A stretch of DNA of 62,376 nt, counting the filler, from Nemertoderma westbladi (taxonomy: Eukaryota > Animalia > Xenacoelomorpha), in the NCBI GenBank assembly GCA_032718475.1. It is 4 parts of 4 records of this genome, joined end to end, with 100 filler letters (N's around TTAATTAATTAA, not from the genome) between each part and the next. Parts side by side here need not be neighbours in the genome. Positions count along the whole stretch, not along the records: positions 40,907 to 57,640 come from JAUCBJ010000240.1; positions 57,741 to 62,376 come from JAUCBJ010004050.1; 2 more parts are not named here. One strand, written 5' to 3'. Positions 46,662 to 58,949 of the stretch are shown piece after piece. The first letter of the stretch is position 1. Each line of letters starts with the position of its first letter. Made by a program: the position numbers and the translations under genes. The notes under the pieces are model-generated. The model made no database searches, was not told where the DNA came from, and saw nothing but the letters and a program-made list of their open reading frames with translations.

Positions 46662-47582
46662 CTCGTGTATTTATCGTTACATACAGTTTGGTTCTGCATT
46701 GGTTGCATAGCCTTTCAGCACTGTCCTGTCCACATTGCATGTATGTCGCAATGTCCGAGTGGATACGGCGCCTGAACTGCTTACACAATAGTGTTTGGTG
46801 GCGCAGGTTCGAATCCGACTAAAGGCTGTAGAAATTTCGCATTGTTGTGTCCCTAGGCAAGACACTTTAGACATTAGTGCCAACGCCAACCCAGCGGTAT
46901 AATGGGAACCTAGCTTTGCTGGGGTAATGATAATAAAAGCGCTTTGAGTATGCTGAGCGTAGAAAAGCGCTATATAAATAACCAATATTATTATTATTAT
47001 TACTATTGCACATGTGAAGGTGTCACAGGTGAGAAGGTGTCTCCTGCAATTGGTCCATGGTATGGTCACTGGAAATATCTCCATTGGTAAGTTCAGTGGA
47101 TTTGTGGTTTAAGGCAAGTAAATTTAAGCAGTAAATTTCTTAATATACTGTAATATAATTTTGCAATTAAAATAGTCTGAATTAAAAATTTTCAACAGGG
47201 TTAAAAATAGAAATAATGGCCCATTGCATTTAAGTCAAATTAAATTCAGTCTGTCATTTAATTAGTTATTTTCCACTACCACACATGTTATGAAAGTTTG
47301 TGCGGCTAAAAATACTAAAGTATATTTATTGCCTCTTAAATAATTAAATATAAGATAATTATTTTATTGCGCAGAACACCATCTCCATCCCGAAACCTAA
47401 CTAACCAAAACAACAAAATTGTTGTTGGGAATGTTTTTTTTTAACGATTTAAAGCTGGCGTTTATAAACGTGTCCAGATTGGACTCCACTGCTTGCGTGG
47501 AGCCATTTACAAGTCCGAAAAATTGACCTCAGCAAATTAAATATTTTGCCCCCCCCCAAGCAAAATCCTAGAACCGCCCCTG
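46662..47582. mobile_element. Insertion splitting the LINE, with one hAT-type terminus (CAGGGGCGGTTCTAGG on minus strand)
   Basis: TACACGA duplicated at 46655-46661 and 47583-47589. The LINE reads SVLKIHE/GRAEE across the excised insert. The left TIR is absent. Confidence 0.75.
46745..47006 (+). mobile_element. tRNA-derived SINE with conserved core and L2-type 3' tail
   Basis: A box TGTCCGAGTGG, B box GGTTCGAATCC, core TTGTGTCCCTAGGCAAGACACTT...AACCCAGCGGTATAATGGG, tail AAGCGCTTTGAG...AAAAGCGCTATATAAAT followed by (TAT)n. Confidence 0.88.
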
Positions 47583-48615
47583 TACACGAGGGACGGGCGG
47601 AAGAGACAGCGAATAAATTTTCGATATTTTGCGCTGTGAACTCTCAGATGCCTTTTTGTTTAAAGCGCAGAGTTTTTGAAGCTTGTTTATTATCCGCCCT
47701 GATGTACGGGTGCGAAAGTTGGTTGTGCTCGAATATCTCTCCTATAGAGAAACATTATGCCCGTTTGATACGAATATTATTAGGGGTGCGGGAACGAACA
47801 CCAGTTGATTTGTGCATTGTGGAAGCAGGGTTTGTGCCTCTGGCGGATAAGATTTCGGAATTTAGGAAACGCGCCGTAAAGAAATTATTGGTCAACCAGG
47901 AAGCGGAAACCCCGTTCCACCAGGTATTTAGGATGTGCAAGGAAAAAAATACACCGGGCTATTGTATGCTTATTGCAGCCATGGGGCACAACCCTCACAG
48001 TAGTTGTAAGATAAAGGAACGTATTTTGGGTAAACCAGACACAAGTACTAAATATCGTACGTACGTAAATTTTAATCCAGAACTTGGTGCTCACCGTATT
48101 TACACCAGTAGCAAACTCTGTATTCCCGACGACCACCGACTGGCCTTCACACGACTCAGACTAATGTCCCATGGTCTGCGGGTGGAGACTGGTCGCTGGA
48201 GCCGCATACCAAGGGAGCTACGGGTGTGTGCGTGCGACATGAAATCAATTCAGGATGAGAGCCATGTTATATATTGTTGTCCAACTACACACCACGTACG
48301 AGAAAAATTCCCAGAATTCTCCATCACAGCATGCCCGACGCTACCTGTACTTTTCAATCATCAGAACTCAGCCCGATTATGTAATTTCATATATCAGATT
48401 TTAAAAGAATATTGATAAAAATTGTGCTATTTCATGAATTTATAGGATTAAATATTCAATCTTTTATCGATGTATTATTTAAGTGTTAATCGTTAGAATT
48501 TTTTGGACGTGTGAGTGTATTCTTTCTTTGAATGTAATAAGAGAATATCGGATTATTGTATTGCAGTGCTGGTGCTGTTATTATAATTAATTATGTTCCT
48601 CTAGCGTCAATAAAC

Positions 48616-48654
<39 letters not shown>

Positions 48655-48655
48655 A
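47583..48655 (+). mobile_element. LINE ORF2 3' part (continuation of 44595-46661) with C-terminal CCHC motif, 3' UTR and tail
   Basis: LMYGCESW, RLRLMSHGLRVETGRW and CACD...DESHVIYCC, stop at 48415. AATAAA then (TA)n(TAA)n at ~48610-48655. Confidence 0.92.
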
Positions 48656-49799
48656 ATATCACCAAAGATTAATATGAAATGAAATGTTATTGACTATATC
48701 TAAACATTTATATGCTACCGAGCGAAATAACTTTAAAAAAATCACCAATCACCAATAAGGGTTTCCAGGCATGACCTCGGGTTTGAAGTAAAATTATTAG
48801 CCTCATCTACTGGAAATGAGGTAACAGCAACTTTCTGTTTCTTTGCAGCTGGTGTGTTGGTTAATTTACTTGACGATCTTGGCTTCCGAGGTAATATTTC
48901 AGGAAAGACCTGTTGCAATTGAGTGCAACTCTCTTCAACATCTGGTTTTGGTGATGGGATCTCAACGAATGCTTTAGGTTTATTCAAAATGACAAAACCA
49001 TCTACATTAGCATCAGTAAGAGAAACACCATCCATTGCCTCTTTGAGAAAACTAATATGGGGTTTATCATTCAAGTCTATATTCATAACTCTATTTGTAG
49101 CAAAACCGCAATAGATTGAAACTTGGGGTTTTTCAACTCAATGATAAGGACAATAATCGAGCCGATTGAGGTTAAATATAAATTTCCAGTTACCTTGGCA
49201 ACCGGGCTAAACAGATGTTAAAATTTATAAAATGTTAATTTGAAACCTAAGGTTAAGGTGTTATGACTTGGGACCAACCCCTACCCCCACTATATAACTT
49301 ATTCTTTGTCCGAATTTGATTGTTCTATTTTGCAGTTACCATGACAACCGCTGAAAACAGATGTTTTTATACAAAAATTATTCATTTGGACATAGACTTC
49401 ACGATAAAATTTTACGAAACTGGGTATGTGTTATCTGGACCACTAGTTGGAACTTTTAGTGAAACTGAAATCATTCCAGAAATATATAGCTAATGTTCTG
49501 TTCTCTGCTATGTTCTGTTCTGTTCTCTGATCTCTGGATTCTCCGGGCTATTTTTTGGTCTCCGGATAGGTCTCTGGTTCCCGGTCCCGGGTATTGAAAA
49601 CAGACATTTTACCCAGAGATCAGTGATTTTACAAATTAGAAATAGATATTTAAAAATAGATCCTGTACAACACAAAATGTGAAATGAAGATTATTTTTCA
49701 CAAATTCTTTTACTATAAATAATTGCTTTAATTTTTATCTATTTTCAATACACCGCTTCAACAAAATTATAAACTAAATATCTCTTTTACTTTATTTTT

Positions 49800-49960
49800 A
49801 GTCAGTAGGCGACCCGATCTCTTTCGATAGTTGCTACCCGAGGGTGCTCCCAGTAATTTACTGAGTACTCATTTTATCGACCTCAGTGGATGAAAGGCTG
49901 AGTGGACCCACAACCATTAGATTGCAGGCCCGGCGCTAAAACCAACTGAGCTACCCCGCC
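49800..49960 (-). mobile_element. tRNA-derived SINE remnant with Nin-like core
   Basis: Minus strand GGCGGGGTAGCTCAGTTGG...GGCCTGCAATC, then GTCCACTCAGCCTTTCATCC...GAGGTCGATAAAATGAGTAC. B box apparently deleted. Confidence 0.75.
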
Positions 49961-52539
49961 AGCTCAACAACTTGTTATAGGATAGATAATAATTAATAGG
50001 ACGACCAAATGAATAGGACGAGCGTAACGAAGATTGTAAAGTCGGCGAGTAGAGTACTACACTTGTGCACTAACTATTCGTAAATGACCAAGTTTATAGT
50101 ACATTGAAATGTATATGACTTGAACAAATTGTTAAATAAATGCCTAATTAACGAAGTACCGGTACCTAATCTGTAGCAAAACAAATTAATGTAATTTATA
50201 ATAAAATTAAATATGTAATTAATGTAATTATTAATTAACAATAACGAAATAATTACTAATTAATAAACAAATAACAAATTCATATTATTTAACCCCCAAA
50301 TTGTACGTGCGCTTATTTTCTTCCAATTTGTAAGGGTTGAAATGGGTTGGATTTACTGTAATTCAACCATAGAAAAATAGTTCTCAGTCCATCCATGTAC
50401 CCGTTTGTGCTTTAGGGGCCGAATCAAAATGTAACAAAAATAAGCAGTCTCTGATCTCTGGCTATGGTCTCCGGTATTTTTCAAAATAATTCTCTGGGTA
50501 GGTCTCTGGTTCACCGGGATCAAGAAAAAAGAACTAAGCTATTGTAGGAAAGGTGTCATACGGGTCTGGTCTGGACGGTGACTGTCACTCAGTAAGTAGG
50601 ACGGTGGTCGTCTATTATATCATAACCTACAAAAAAAATTAACGGAAACAAACGCTCGTGATTGGTGGTTTACAATGGTGGTTTGTAATACACTTTATTT
50701 AATTCCAATACCAGTAGGCCCTATTTGCTGTAATTATTGTTCTATCTTAAACGACAATGGAACAAACACATAAATATTAATTGTATTTGAACCGCCCGGT
50801 AGTCATTTTAGTAGAGGATCAGGTTAGAGATACGGGTTGGTATAGTCGTCGTTAGGTGGCGACAAAGTTCAATTTATATAGAACTGAAACTGGATTGAAT
50901 GAATCAAAACATTTAACACAAGTTAACACATGCTTGTTAATAGATTATGCAGGTTAGTAATGGGTTAAAATGATTTAAATGCTGATCGTAGGTGGCTTTA
51001 CTCTAGTGGTGGTGACCCATGATTTTATTAAATTTGCTGGTTCGAAATTGTACGGGTAGCTAGCTACATCTAATTTACTGTAGCTACATTTTAAAATAGT
51101 GACTACATTATTCGCAATGTTATATTCTGGAATGCTTTTTATATTAATTTTACTAATTATATTATAATTACTGTAGCTACATTTCATTACTATAGCTACA
51201 TTGAATTACAGGAACTACATTTGAACAAAAGGGAGCGATTGGCCCTACATTATGTGCAATTTTAGATATTCTGGAATGCTTAGAATTCAAATTAATTGTT
51301 TTGGCACCTACATATATTAATTGTTAACATTGTTCAAGCATTATTTTTTAACTACTGTAGCTATTGATGCTGTATAATATACACTATGACCCGTAATATA
51401 GTGTCATTTTCTAATGACACGGACCCCCCCCAAATTTTTCTACAAATCTTTATCAAATTGCTTGAAATTGGAAACACAACTAGTTCAACTCACCGTGGTT
51501 GTTACCATGAAGCCGGAATTTTCGATTTCGCCTTTAAATTTTATTCATAAGCACGAAAATCGCAAAATGCTTCGAAATCGCACCCTCCGTATCGTGGCCA
51601 TTCTTCACTTTAGTCGTAATTTTTTTCATATCAATAGAAAGCTTGCGTTGAAAGGATTCCAAATATGTAGCAATATCTGAATTTCATTGAGAAACAGCTG
51701 AGAAATAAGCGTTTAAAGATTGCAAGAATTATTGTTCGCTGCAAGCCATTTATCTATATATATAAATATCCTCTGTCTGTCTGTGAGTCTGTGAGTCTGT
51801 CCAAGCTATACGCTCCGACACACATGCACCAATCTGAGCAAATGATACATCGATCGAAAGCTCTCGTCCTGAGCACGTAAACTATCGCAATCTCGAGGCT
51901 AATTTTACGTGTTTGCTTGCGTGAATGCGTATTTTGTGTTCGTTCGGGCGAAATGTATCGAATTATTTCGGTTCTTCTATCGGTAATTAATTATTTAGAG
52001 GGGTAAGATTTATCTCATCTGGTATAAAATTAACATGAGTAGATTCGCCGTGTCCCATTCTCACAAAGTATTTATTTTATTCGAGTGTTTAATATAAATA
52101 TGTATGATTATTTATTGATTAAAAATCAAATAGTGTATAAATATGTCATATTCGCCAAGCACGATCGAATTGGCCTATTCTTAGTGCTGTAGTGAATAGG
52201 GAAGGATTTTTTTCTGTATCATAGCAACGTTAAGGTAATTATTGAAATCGCAGCTAGCTGGCTGGGCACAGATAAGGAGCAAGCAGGCTGGAGTGTTGAT
52301 TGGGGTGGGTTTGGGTTGTCTGTTGCGAATTGCTCAAGAGTAATTCTGCTTTCTCAATCATTGGCTGCATGGAAGGAGAGGTTTATGACATTTTTGTTTT
52401 ACTGTTATGAATATTAAAAGTAAAATAATTATTTCTGTAGGCCTATACTTACTGTATTATTATTTTATCTAATATTATACATCTAATCTCGATGAAATCT
52501 CGCTTACTATAGCTCGTTAGATAGGTCTCGCCCTAACTC

Positions 52540-55500
52540 GTTGCAACGTAATACTCAGAGCCGTCTGAAGTTCCCCCATCTGCCGCTAGAGGGCGAATTG
52601 TCCGATAGTGAAAACCTGATCTCATTGGGTTGTTTTTAATGCTTTTGAGCTGAAACTTGGTAGCTATATACTGCAGCATAGGCTGTATATTTCCGGAGTC
52701 ACTGAGTTGTCCACAGTTCCCCAGTCTACCGTTAGAGGGCTAAATGTCTGAGAGTTAACATCTTCTCCAACTTTGTTATTTATAATCCATTTAGACTGAA
52801 CATGGTAGGCATCTACTACAGCATAGGCTATATCTTTACTGAGTCGCGCAGAGTTGTCTACATTACCCGCGTCTGCCGCTAGAGGGCGAAATGTATGAAA
52901 GTTAACATCTCCTCCAACTTTGTTATTTACAATCCTTTTAGACTGAAACTTGGTAGGCATCTACTATAGCATAGGCTATATCTTTGCGGAGTAGTAGAGT
53001 CGTCTACAGTTCCACAGTCAGCCGCTAGAGGGCGAATTGTCTGAAAGTTAACATCTTCTCCAACTTTGTTATTTACTAACGGTTTAGACTGAAACTTGGT
53101 AGGCATCTACTACAGCATAGGCTGTACCTTTACGGAGTTACAGAGTTGTATACAGTCCCCCCATCTGCCGCTAGAGGGCGACATATCTGATAGTGAACAC
53201 CTCATCCCATTTGGTTCTTTTTAATCATTTTGAGCTGAAACTTGGTTGGTATCTACTACATCATAGGCTGTATCTTTACGGGGTTGCAGAATCCTATTCA
53301 CTTCCCCAGTCTACCGCTAGAGGGTGAAATGTCTGAATGTTAACATCTTCTCCAACTTTGTTATTTATAATCCATTTAGACTGAACTTGGTAGGCATCTA
53401 CTACAGCATAGGCTATATCTTTACTGAGTCGCGCAGAGTTGTCTACATTACCCGCGTCTGCCGCTAGAGGGCGAAATGTATGAAAGTTAACATCTCCTCC
53501 AACTTTGTTATTTACAATCCTTTTAGACTGAAACTTGGTAGGCATCTACTATAGCATAGGCTATATCTTTGCGGAGTAGTAGAGTCGTCTACAGTTCCAC
53601 AGTCAGCCTGATAAACAACCGCGACCTCTATACTAACAGCAGAACTGTTGAACAGACCAATACCCGTTAATATCCTTCTGCCAACCTAATAAGTTCTCGT
53701 CTAACCAATAAGACACAAAGACTGCTCTACTGTTAAGTAAAGGGGATCAGGAGCGTGCTATTACTAAATTGTAAGGGTTGCTAAATACAAAACCGCTACT
53801 TACCGTTAGATGGCGCTAATCTGCCGTCCACTAATATATTTTACTAATTTTACACTACTCCTGCAAAATCGCTTGTTCCTTTCTCTACCGATCGCTCGAT
53901 AGAGAGTTAACTGTTCGAATCTATGAGCCACGCGGGAATAACCAAAACAATAAACCCGAGTCGGCTCCCTAAGCTTACTTAAGACGAGTGCGAGAGGCCT
54001 TGCACTCAGAGTATTCTTACGCCTAATTTTATCACTATTAAAGCACGCTATTACCTACGTCTTTCTAATCGCGAATACTGGAGGTTCCCTAACGTAATGT
54101 GTGAATGCGAGAATATTTAAAATATCAAAATGGTACAGTATCTGTTTCTACGTGGATAATACCACTCCGGGTCTAAAACTGCCCGCGACTGGCTTTAGGC
54201 CAGCAAAATTACTAGCGTATCGTGCGTACCGAATAGTGCGTTCTAGCTGATTGTCCGCTATAATGCAAATAACCGCTCAGCGTGAATAGTTTACAGTACA
54301 CTAATTATTACCTTAACTACTCTCCGCTATGCTGCGTACTAATTCTTAATTTTTTACTAATTAATTACAGTCACAAATATTTAACAGCGTACTAATTACT
54401 AAGAGTTCCAGAATACGTAATTCTAATTTATCACGCAACAGGTTTCGCTAGTAATAGCCTAATTTGCTGTATTACTTTGACCTAATCAATAACTAATTAT
54501 TGTAACTAAGAAATAGAAATCAATCAAAGGAAAAGAGCGCCTATCTAAGCATTCGTAATCTTAGGCACACTTCAATAACACACCAATCAGCGTTAGAAAT
54601 CACAGTTTACAATTGTGCAATTCACTACTCGTACTCCACACTCAACGTTATAATACGCGCAGGCCTCTCCCGGATACATCTAGGATTCCTAACTAACCCA
54701 ATTCCTGCCCCCTAATACTAAATAGAGACAAAACCTGGATCATCAGCCCCCTAATTTGCTGTACTGGCGATCGGTCTGCGTGCCGCAGTGCAAGTTACCT
54801 GCCCGCAACGGTGACCCTAGCCAGCGTTGCCCGCTTTGAATCCTCCGCTCTCTCCTAGTCGCCCAACCCCCCGATGCGCCCACTGCCCACTGGCACCTTA
54901 GCCCTCCATTACGCTAATAGCTACCGTAGCGGCGCATGCAAATCACAAAGTCTGACAGTTTCAGGAATCCCTTGGGATTATTGCGCAGAAAAGAATCACA
55001 TAGAACCATCAATCAAAGGTAGAAATCATAGTTCGATTGTAATTTGCAGTAATCGAAGGAATTATTGAGAAACACAAGCAAAGTAATCGCACTAGCAAAT
55101 CATTCCAAGAAATTAATCAAAATTAGCAAATTGCAGAAAAATACAAAATTAGAGACAGCTCAGCAAGTAAATTGTAACAGGGGTGTATCATGTGACAGAT
55201 TGATGAAGATAGGCTCTACCGGCACACCGCCAATTTATAGGTGATCCGGATGGGATGATGCAATAGGGTGACTCAATCGCTTTCTTATTGGCTCTCCAGT
55301 CCGTGCTAGCACTAGACCAACCTGGAAGCAGCTAGTCCAATAAGGAGGCCGGATTGTAGCCCTATTTGCTCCCTTTCCTCGAATTATTACCATATATGGT
55401 AATGGTTCACGTCTCTGGCTGCTGAATGGCCAGGACGGCGTCCCTATATGCTAGCCCTACTAAAGCTAATATCAGCAAGCACGGAATCCAGGGTCCGAAT

Positions 55501-56600
55501 AAACTTACCCTGGAACTATCTACATATAACCTAATACAAAATTACGTAGGTAGAGCTACATACTATACAAAATGAATGGATGCAAAATATATGGGCGTTT
55601 TAACTTCCTTACCTAAATACCACTGCGTTATTATGCCTTATCTAAAATATCATGCTGCACAACGGACTAATATTACATACAGTATAACGGACTAATATTG
55701 CATACTGCATAATGGACTAATATTGCATACTGCATAATGGACTAATACTGTGGATACAGCGCCATATACCGTAACACAGCCGCTAGAGGGCGAATTGTCT
55801 GAAAGTTAACATCTTCTCCAACTTTGTTATTTACTAACGGTTTAGACTGAAACTTGGTAGGCATCTACTACAGCATAGGCTGTACCTTTACGGAGTTACA
55901 GAGTTGTATACTGTCCCCCCATCTGCCGCTAGAGGGCGACATATCTGATAGTGAACACCTCATCCCATTTGGTTCTTTTTAATCATTTTGAGCTGAAACT
56001 TGGTTGGTATCTACTACATCATAGGCTGTATCTTTACGGGGTTGCAGAATCCTATTCACTTCCCCAGTCTACCGCTAGAGGGTGAAATGTCTGAAAGTTA
56101 ACATCTTCTCCAACTTTGTTATTTACTAACGGTTTAGACTGAAACTTGGTAGGCATCTACTACAGCATAGGCTGTACCTTTACGGAGTCACAGAGTTGTA
56201 TACAGTCCCCCCATCTGCCGCTAGAGGGCGACATATCTGATAGTGAACACCTCATCCCATTTGGTTCTTTTTAATCCTATTGAGCTGGAACTTGGCAGGA
56301 ATCTACTACAGCATATTCTGTATCTTTACGGAGTCCCAGAGTCGTCCACAGTTCTTCAGTCTACCGCTAGAGGGTGAAATGTCTGAATGTGAACATCTAC
56401 ATCAATTTTGTTATTTACAATCTGTTTAAGCTGAAACTTGAAAGGCAGGCATTTTACTTCACCATAAACCCCATATTTACCAAACTGCAGCGCCGTCTGC
56501 ATTTCACCAGTCCGCAGGTAGAGGGTGGATCTGAAAGTGATCATTTTCTGGAAATTTTGTTATTTACAATCTGCCTAAAGTTGAAACTTGACAGTTATCT
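52540..56600. repeat. 146-147-bp tandem array (~13 monomers) inside the Helitron, interrupted by a solo LTR
   Basis: CCG(C/T)TAGAGGG(C/T)(G/T) at 52583, 52729, 52876, 53022, 53168, 53314, 53461, 55780, 55926, 56072, 56218 and 56365. A 585-bp (4-mer) duplication is visible. Confidence 0.93.
53609..55776 (-). mobile_element. Solo LTR (2168 bp; BEL/Pao- or Gypsy-type)
   Basis: TG...CA ends and 5-bp TSD CAGCC (53604-53608, 55777-55781). The uninterrupted target monomer is seen at ~53010-53040. Minus-strand TATAAA at ~55234-55239. 23-bp internal repeats at 55660-55750. No coding capacity. Confidence 0.88.
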
Positions 56601-57640
56601 CTTATGGGGGTGGTGTTTTATTTAATGATGGTGTCTGTTCCATATGCAGTTCTCAAATCTCCCACACATATTCATATATCATCTGCACGTGCACTAGAAA
56701 GCTGTGGCCCGAAGGGCCACAGGCTTTCTAGTTCTATTTAATAAATACACAATATTCTAGAACGTGTTATTTATTTTATGAGTTGGTTGGCAACAGCGGA
56801 ATGCCTATACGATATCTATATTGCATAGCTAATCATACATAAACAAATTGTTTCAGAATATTGTGTATTTATTAAATAGAATAAATGGCCTGCAGTGAAC
56901 AATAATTCTTGCAATCTTTGAGTGCCTATTTATCAGCTGTTTCTCAACGAAATTCAGACATTGTTACATATTTAGAATCCTTTCAACGCAAGCTTTCTAT
57001 TGATATTAAAAAAATACGACTAAAGTGAAGACTGGCCACGATACGGAGGGTTCGATTTCGAAAAAGACACTTTTTAAAACGCTTATGAATAAAATTTAAA
57101 GGCGAAATCGAAAATTCCGGCTTCATGGTAACAACCACGGTGAGTGGAACTAGTGGTGTTTCAAATTTCAAGCAATATGATAAAGATTTGTAGAAAATTT
57201 TTTTTTTTTTTTTGGGGGGGGGGGGGGGGGTCCGTGTCATGAGAAAATGACACTATGTTACGGGTCACGGTGTATTTGAAATCCATACAATGTTGTACCG
57301 GTAAGTATTTATTTATGATCGGGTCGCAATTGTCCGGTGTATCAGAGAATTTCTACCCCCTAAAAATCCCCCCCCCCCCCCCCCCCGGTTAAAATTCACT
57401 AGTGTATTTTCACCCCCCGGTTAGAATTCTCTATGGTATTTTAACCGGGAGTGAAACTACTCTGGGTGATTTTTTAGTGAAATTTAGCCCCCCTCGGTGT
57501 ATTCTTCCCCCCATGATATTTTAGATTTCAATATAATTTAAATTCGATATAAGCCTACAGTTAAGACCACAGATAGAGATACCTCTAGTACACAGACATA
57601 CACACGCTGGAGATGTGTACTGTATAATAGTAAAGTACTG

Positions 57641-57740
57641 NNNNNNNNNNNNNNNNNNNNNNNNNNNNNNNNNNNNNNNNNNNNTTAATTAATTAANNNN
57701 NNNNNNNNNNNNNNNNNNNNNNNNNNNNNNNNNNNNNNNN
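57641..57740. other. Assembly gap with TTAATTAATTAA linker
   Basis: Same construct as the other two gaps. Confidence 0.98.
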
Positions 57741-58949
57741 TGTTTTTGTGATACTAATATTATTAACTAATTCAAAATTAATTAATGAAATGAAATTTTT
57801 GTCCGCTTGGAGTTTGAAAGATTCCCCGATAAAACGGAATTTGATCTACATTCCATTCATTTAGTGTTTTGGTTTAGGTTTCATGTATTTCGGTTTATTT
57901 CAGTTTATTGGGTGATATTATTACTATACTGTCATGTCATCGTATTGAATTTACATTACAAATATACTTTGATTATCCTATGGCCAGAACGAACAACACT
58001 TTCCAAAAAGTGTAATTCCTAAACTTCTAGACGTTTGAGAGAATCTCTGGTGTAGTTTTTATCTGGTTTATAAATAAATTAAGTCCATTGTTATTGTGTA
58101 GGTTGTTGGTGATGTCTTTGGTGAAAGCATTATTGTAACATAAACTGTATTGTGTTATTTGGTTTGTAGATCCACGATTAGGTACACATTGTGGATGGGG
58201 ATATATCGGTATTATTAATGTACATAAAAAGCACAACAAATGCTTTACAATATCTCAAAGTAGTTTTCTCACGCGAATTTGAAATTTGTTATTAATTAAT
58301 TAATTGATTGTTACTAAATAATGTATATTTGTGCCGCTTAAATATCATAATTGTTTATAAATAGTATTTAGTCATTTAGATTAAATAATTAACCACTTTT
58401 CACTTGTTTCACTAAAACTGCAGTTCCAATAAACTGCACACTGGAAAATGGCAAGGGCTTGTTGGTAAAAGTGATTATAGATCCAGTACGGCCCAGGAAT
58501 AATCGTCACAACAATTATTATTAAACGTCATTCATTACAGGCAGAACGGGTCGCTGAGATACAGGCAGGACGGGTCGCTGAGAGTGGTTCCAAAGGCAAA
58601 CGTCCGAAAATTTTAGAAATAAAAGTGCTGTGATGTTATTGGGAAAAAATACAATCTTTATCTCTGCATTGGCTAAAGGTAAAATCTCCCGACACTGGCT
58701 ATAGGTTGAACACCTGTCTGGAACAGGAAAGGATCGTCTCAGGACACTATGTCACAGAAATTAAAGACCATAAGGACCTCTGGCGTATTTATCTGATATT
58801 ATCAATTGGGAACCACTAAGAATCCCTAATATTTACCAGTACTCTTAATTTAGATTTATCGATACCTCTTTTACACCGAATGAAGTTGTATCTTGAAATA
58901 TTATTATTAATCTTTCACTAATGAAATGTTAGTTACTAAGACTGAGATA

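Larger units (their letters stand above)
51753..56731 (+). mobile_element. Non-autonomous Helitron carrying a tandem-repeat array
   Basis: 5' TCTATATATA plus (CTGT)-type microsatellite. 3' hairpin AAAGCTGTGGCCC-GAA-GGGCCACAGGCTTT then CTAG. Inserted between A and T with no TSD; the opposite MITE arm shows the empty site GCCATTTA|TTCTATTTAAT. Confidence 0.93.
51382..57272. mobile_element. TA-flanked MITE with ~400-bp TIRs (Tc1/mariner-type), split by a Helitron; own sequence 51382-51752 + 56732-57272
   Basis: TA|CACTATGACCCGTAATATAGTGTCATTTTCT... inverted as ...AGAAAATGACACTATGTTACGGGTCACGGTG|TA. Mirror ORFs 51414(+) and 57240(-) reflect the inverted arms. Confidence 0.92.

Noticed and set aside
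46745-46825. tRNA gene (also considered at ~25790, ~27970 and ~49900)
   Set aside because: A/B boxes are present but there is no complete cloverleaf. They continue into SINE or repeat bodies.
48742-49086. 114-aa minus-strand ORF
   Set aside because: No recognisable motif or splice context. It may be a transposon remnant but this cannot be supported.
51414-51680. Paralogous ORF pair with 56983-57240
   Set aside because: Mirror translations of the MITE's inverted arms.
52664-53545. Duplicated ~90-aa ORFs (MPTKFQSKR...)
   Set aside because: By-products of the 585-bp duplication in the 146-bp array.
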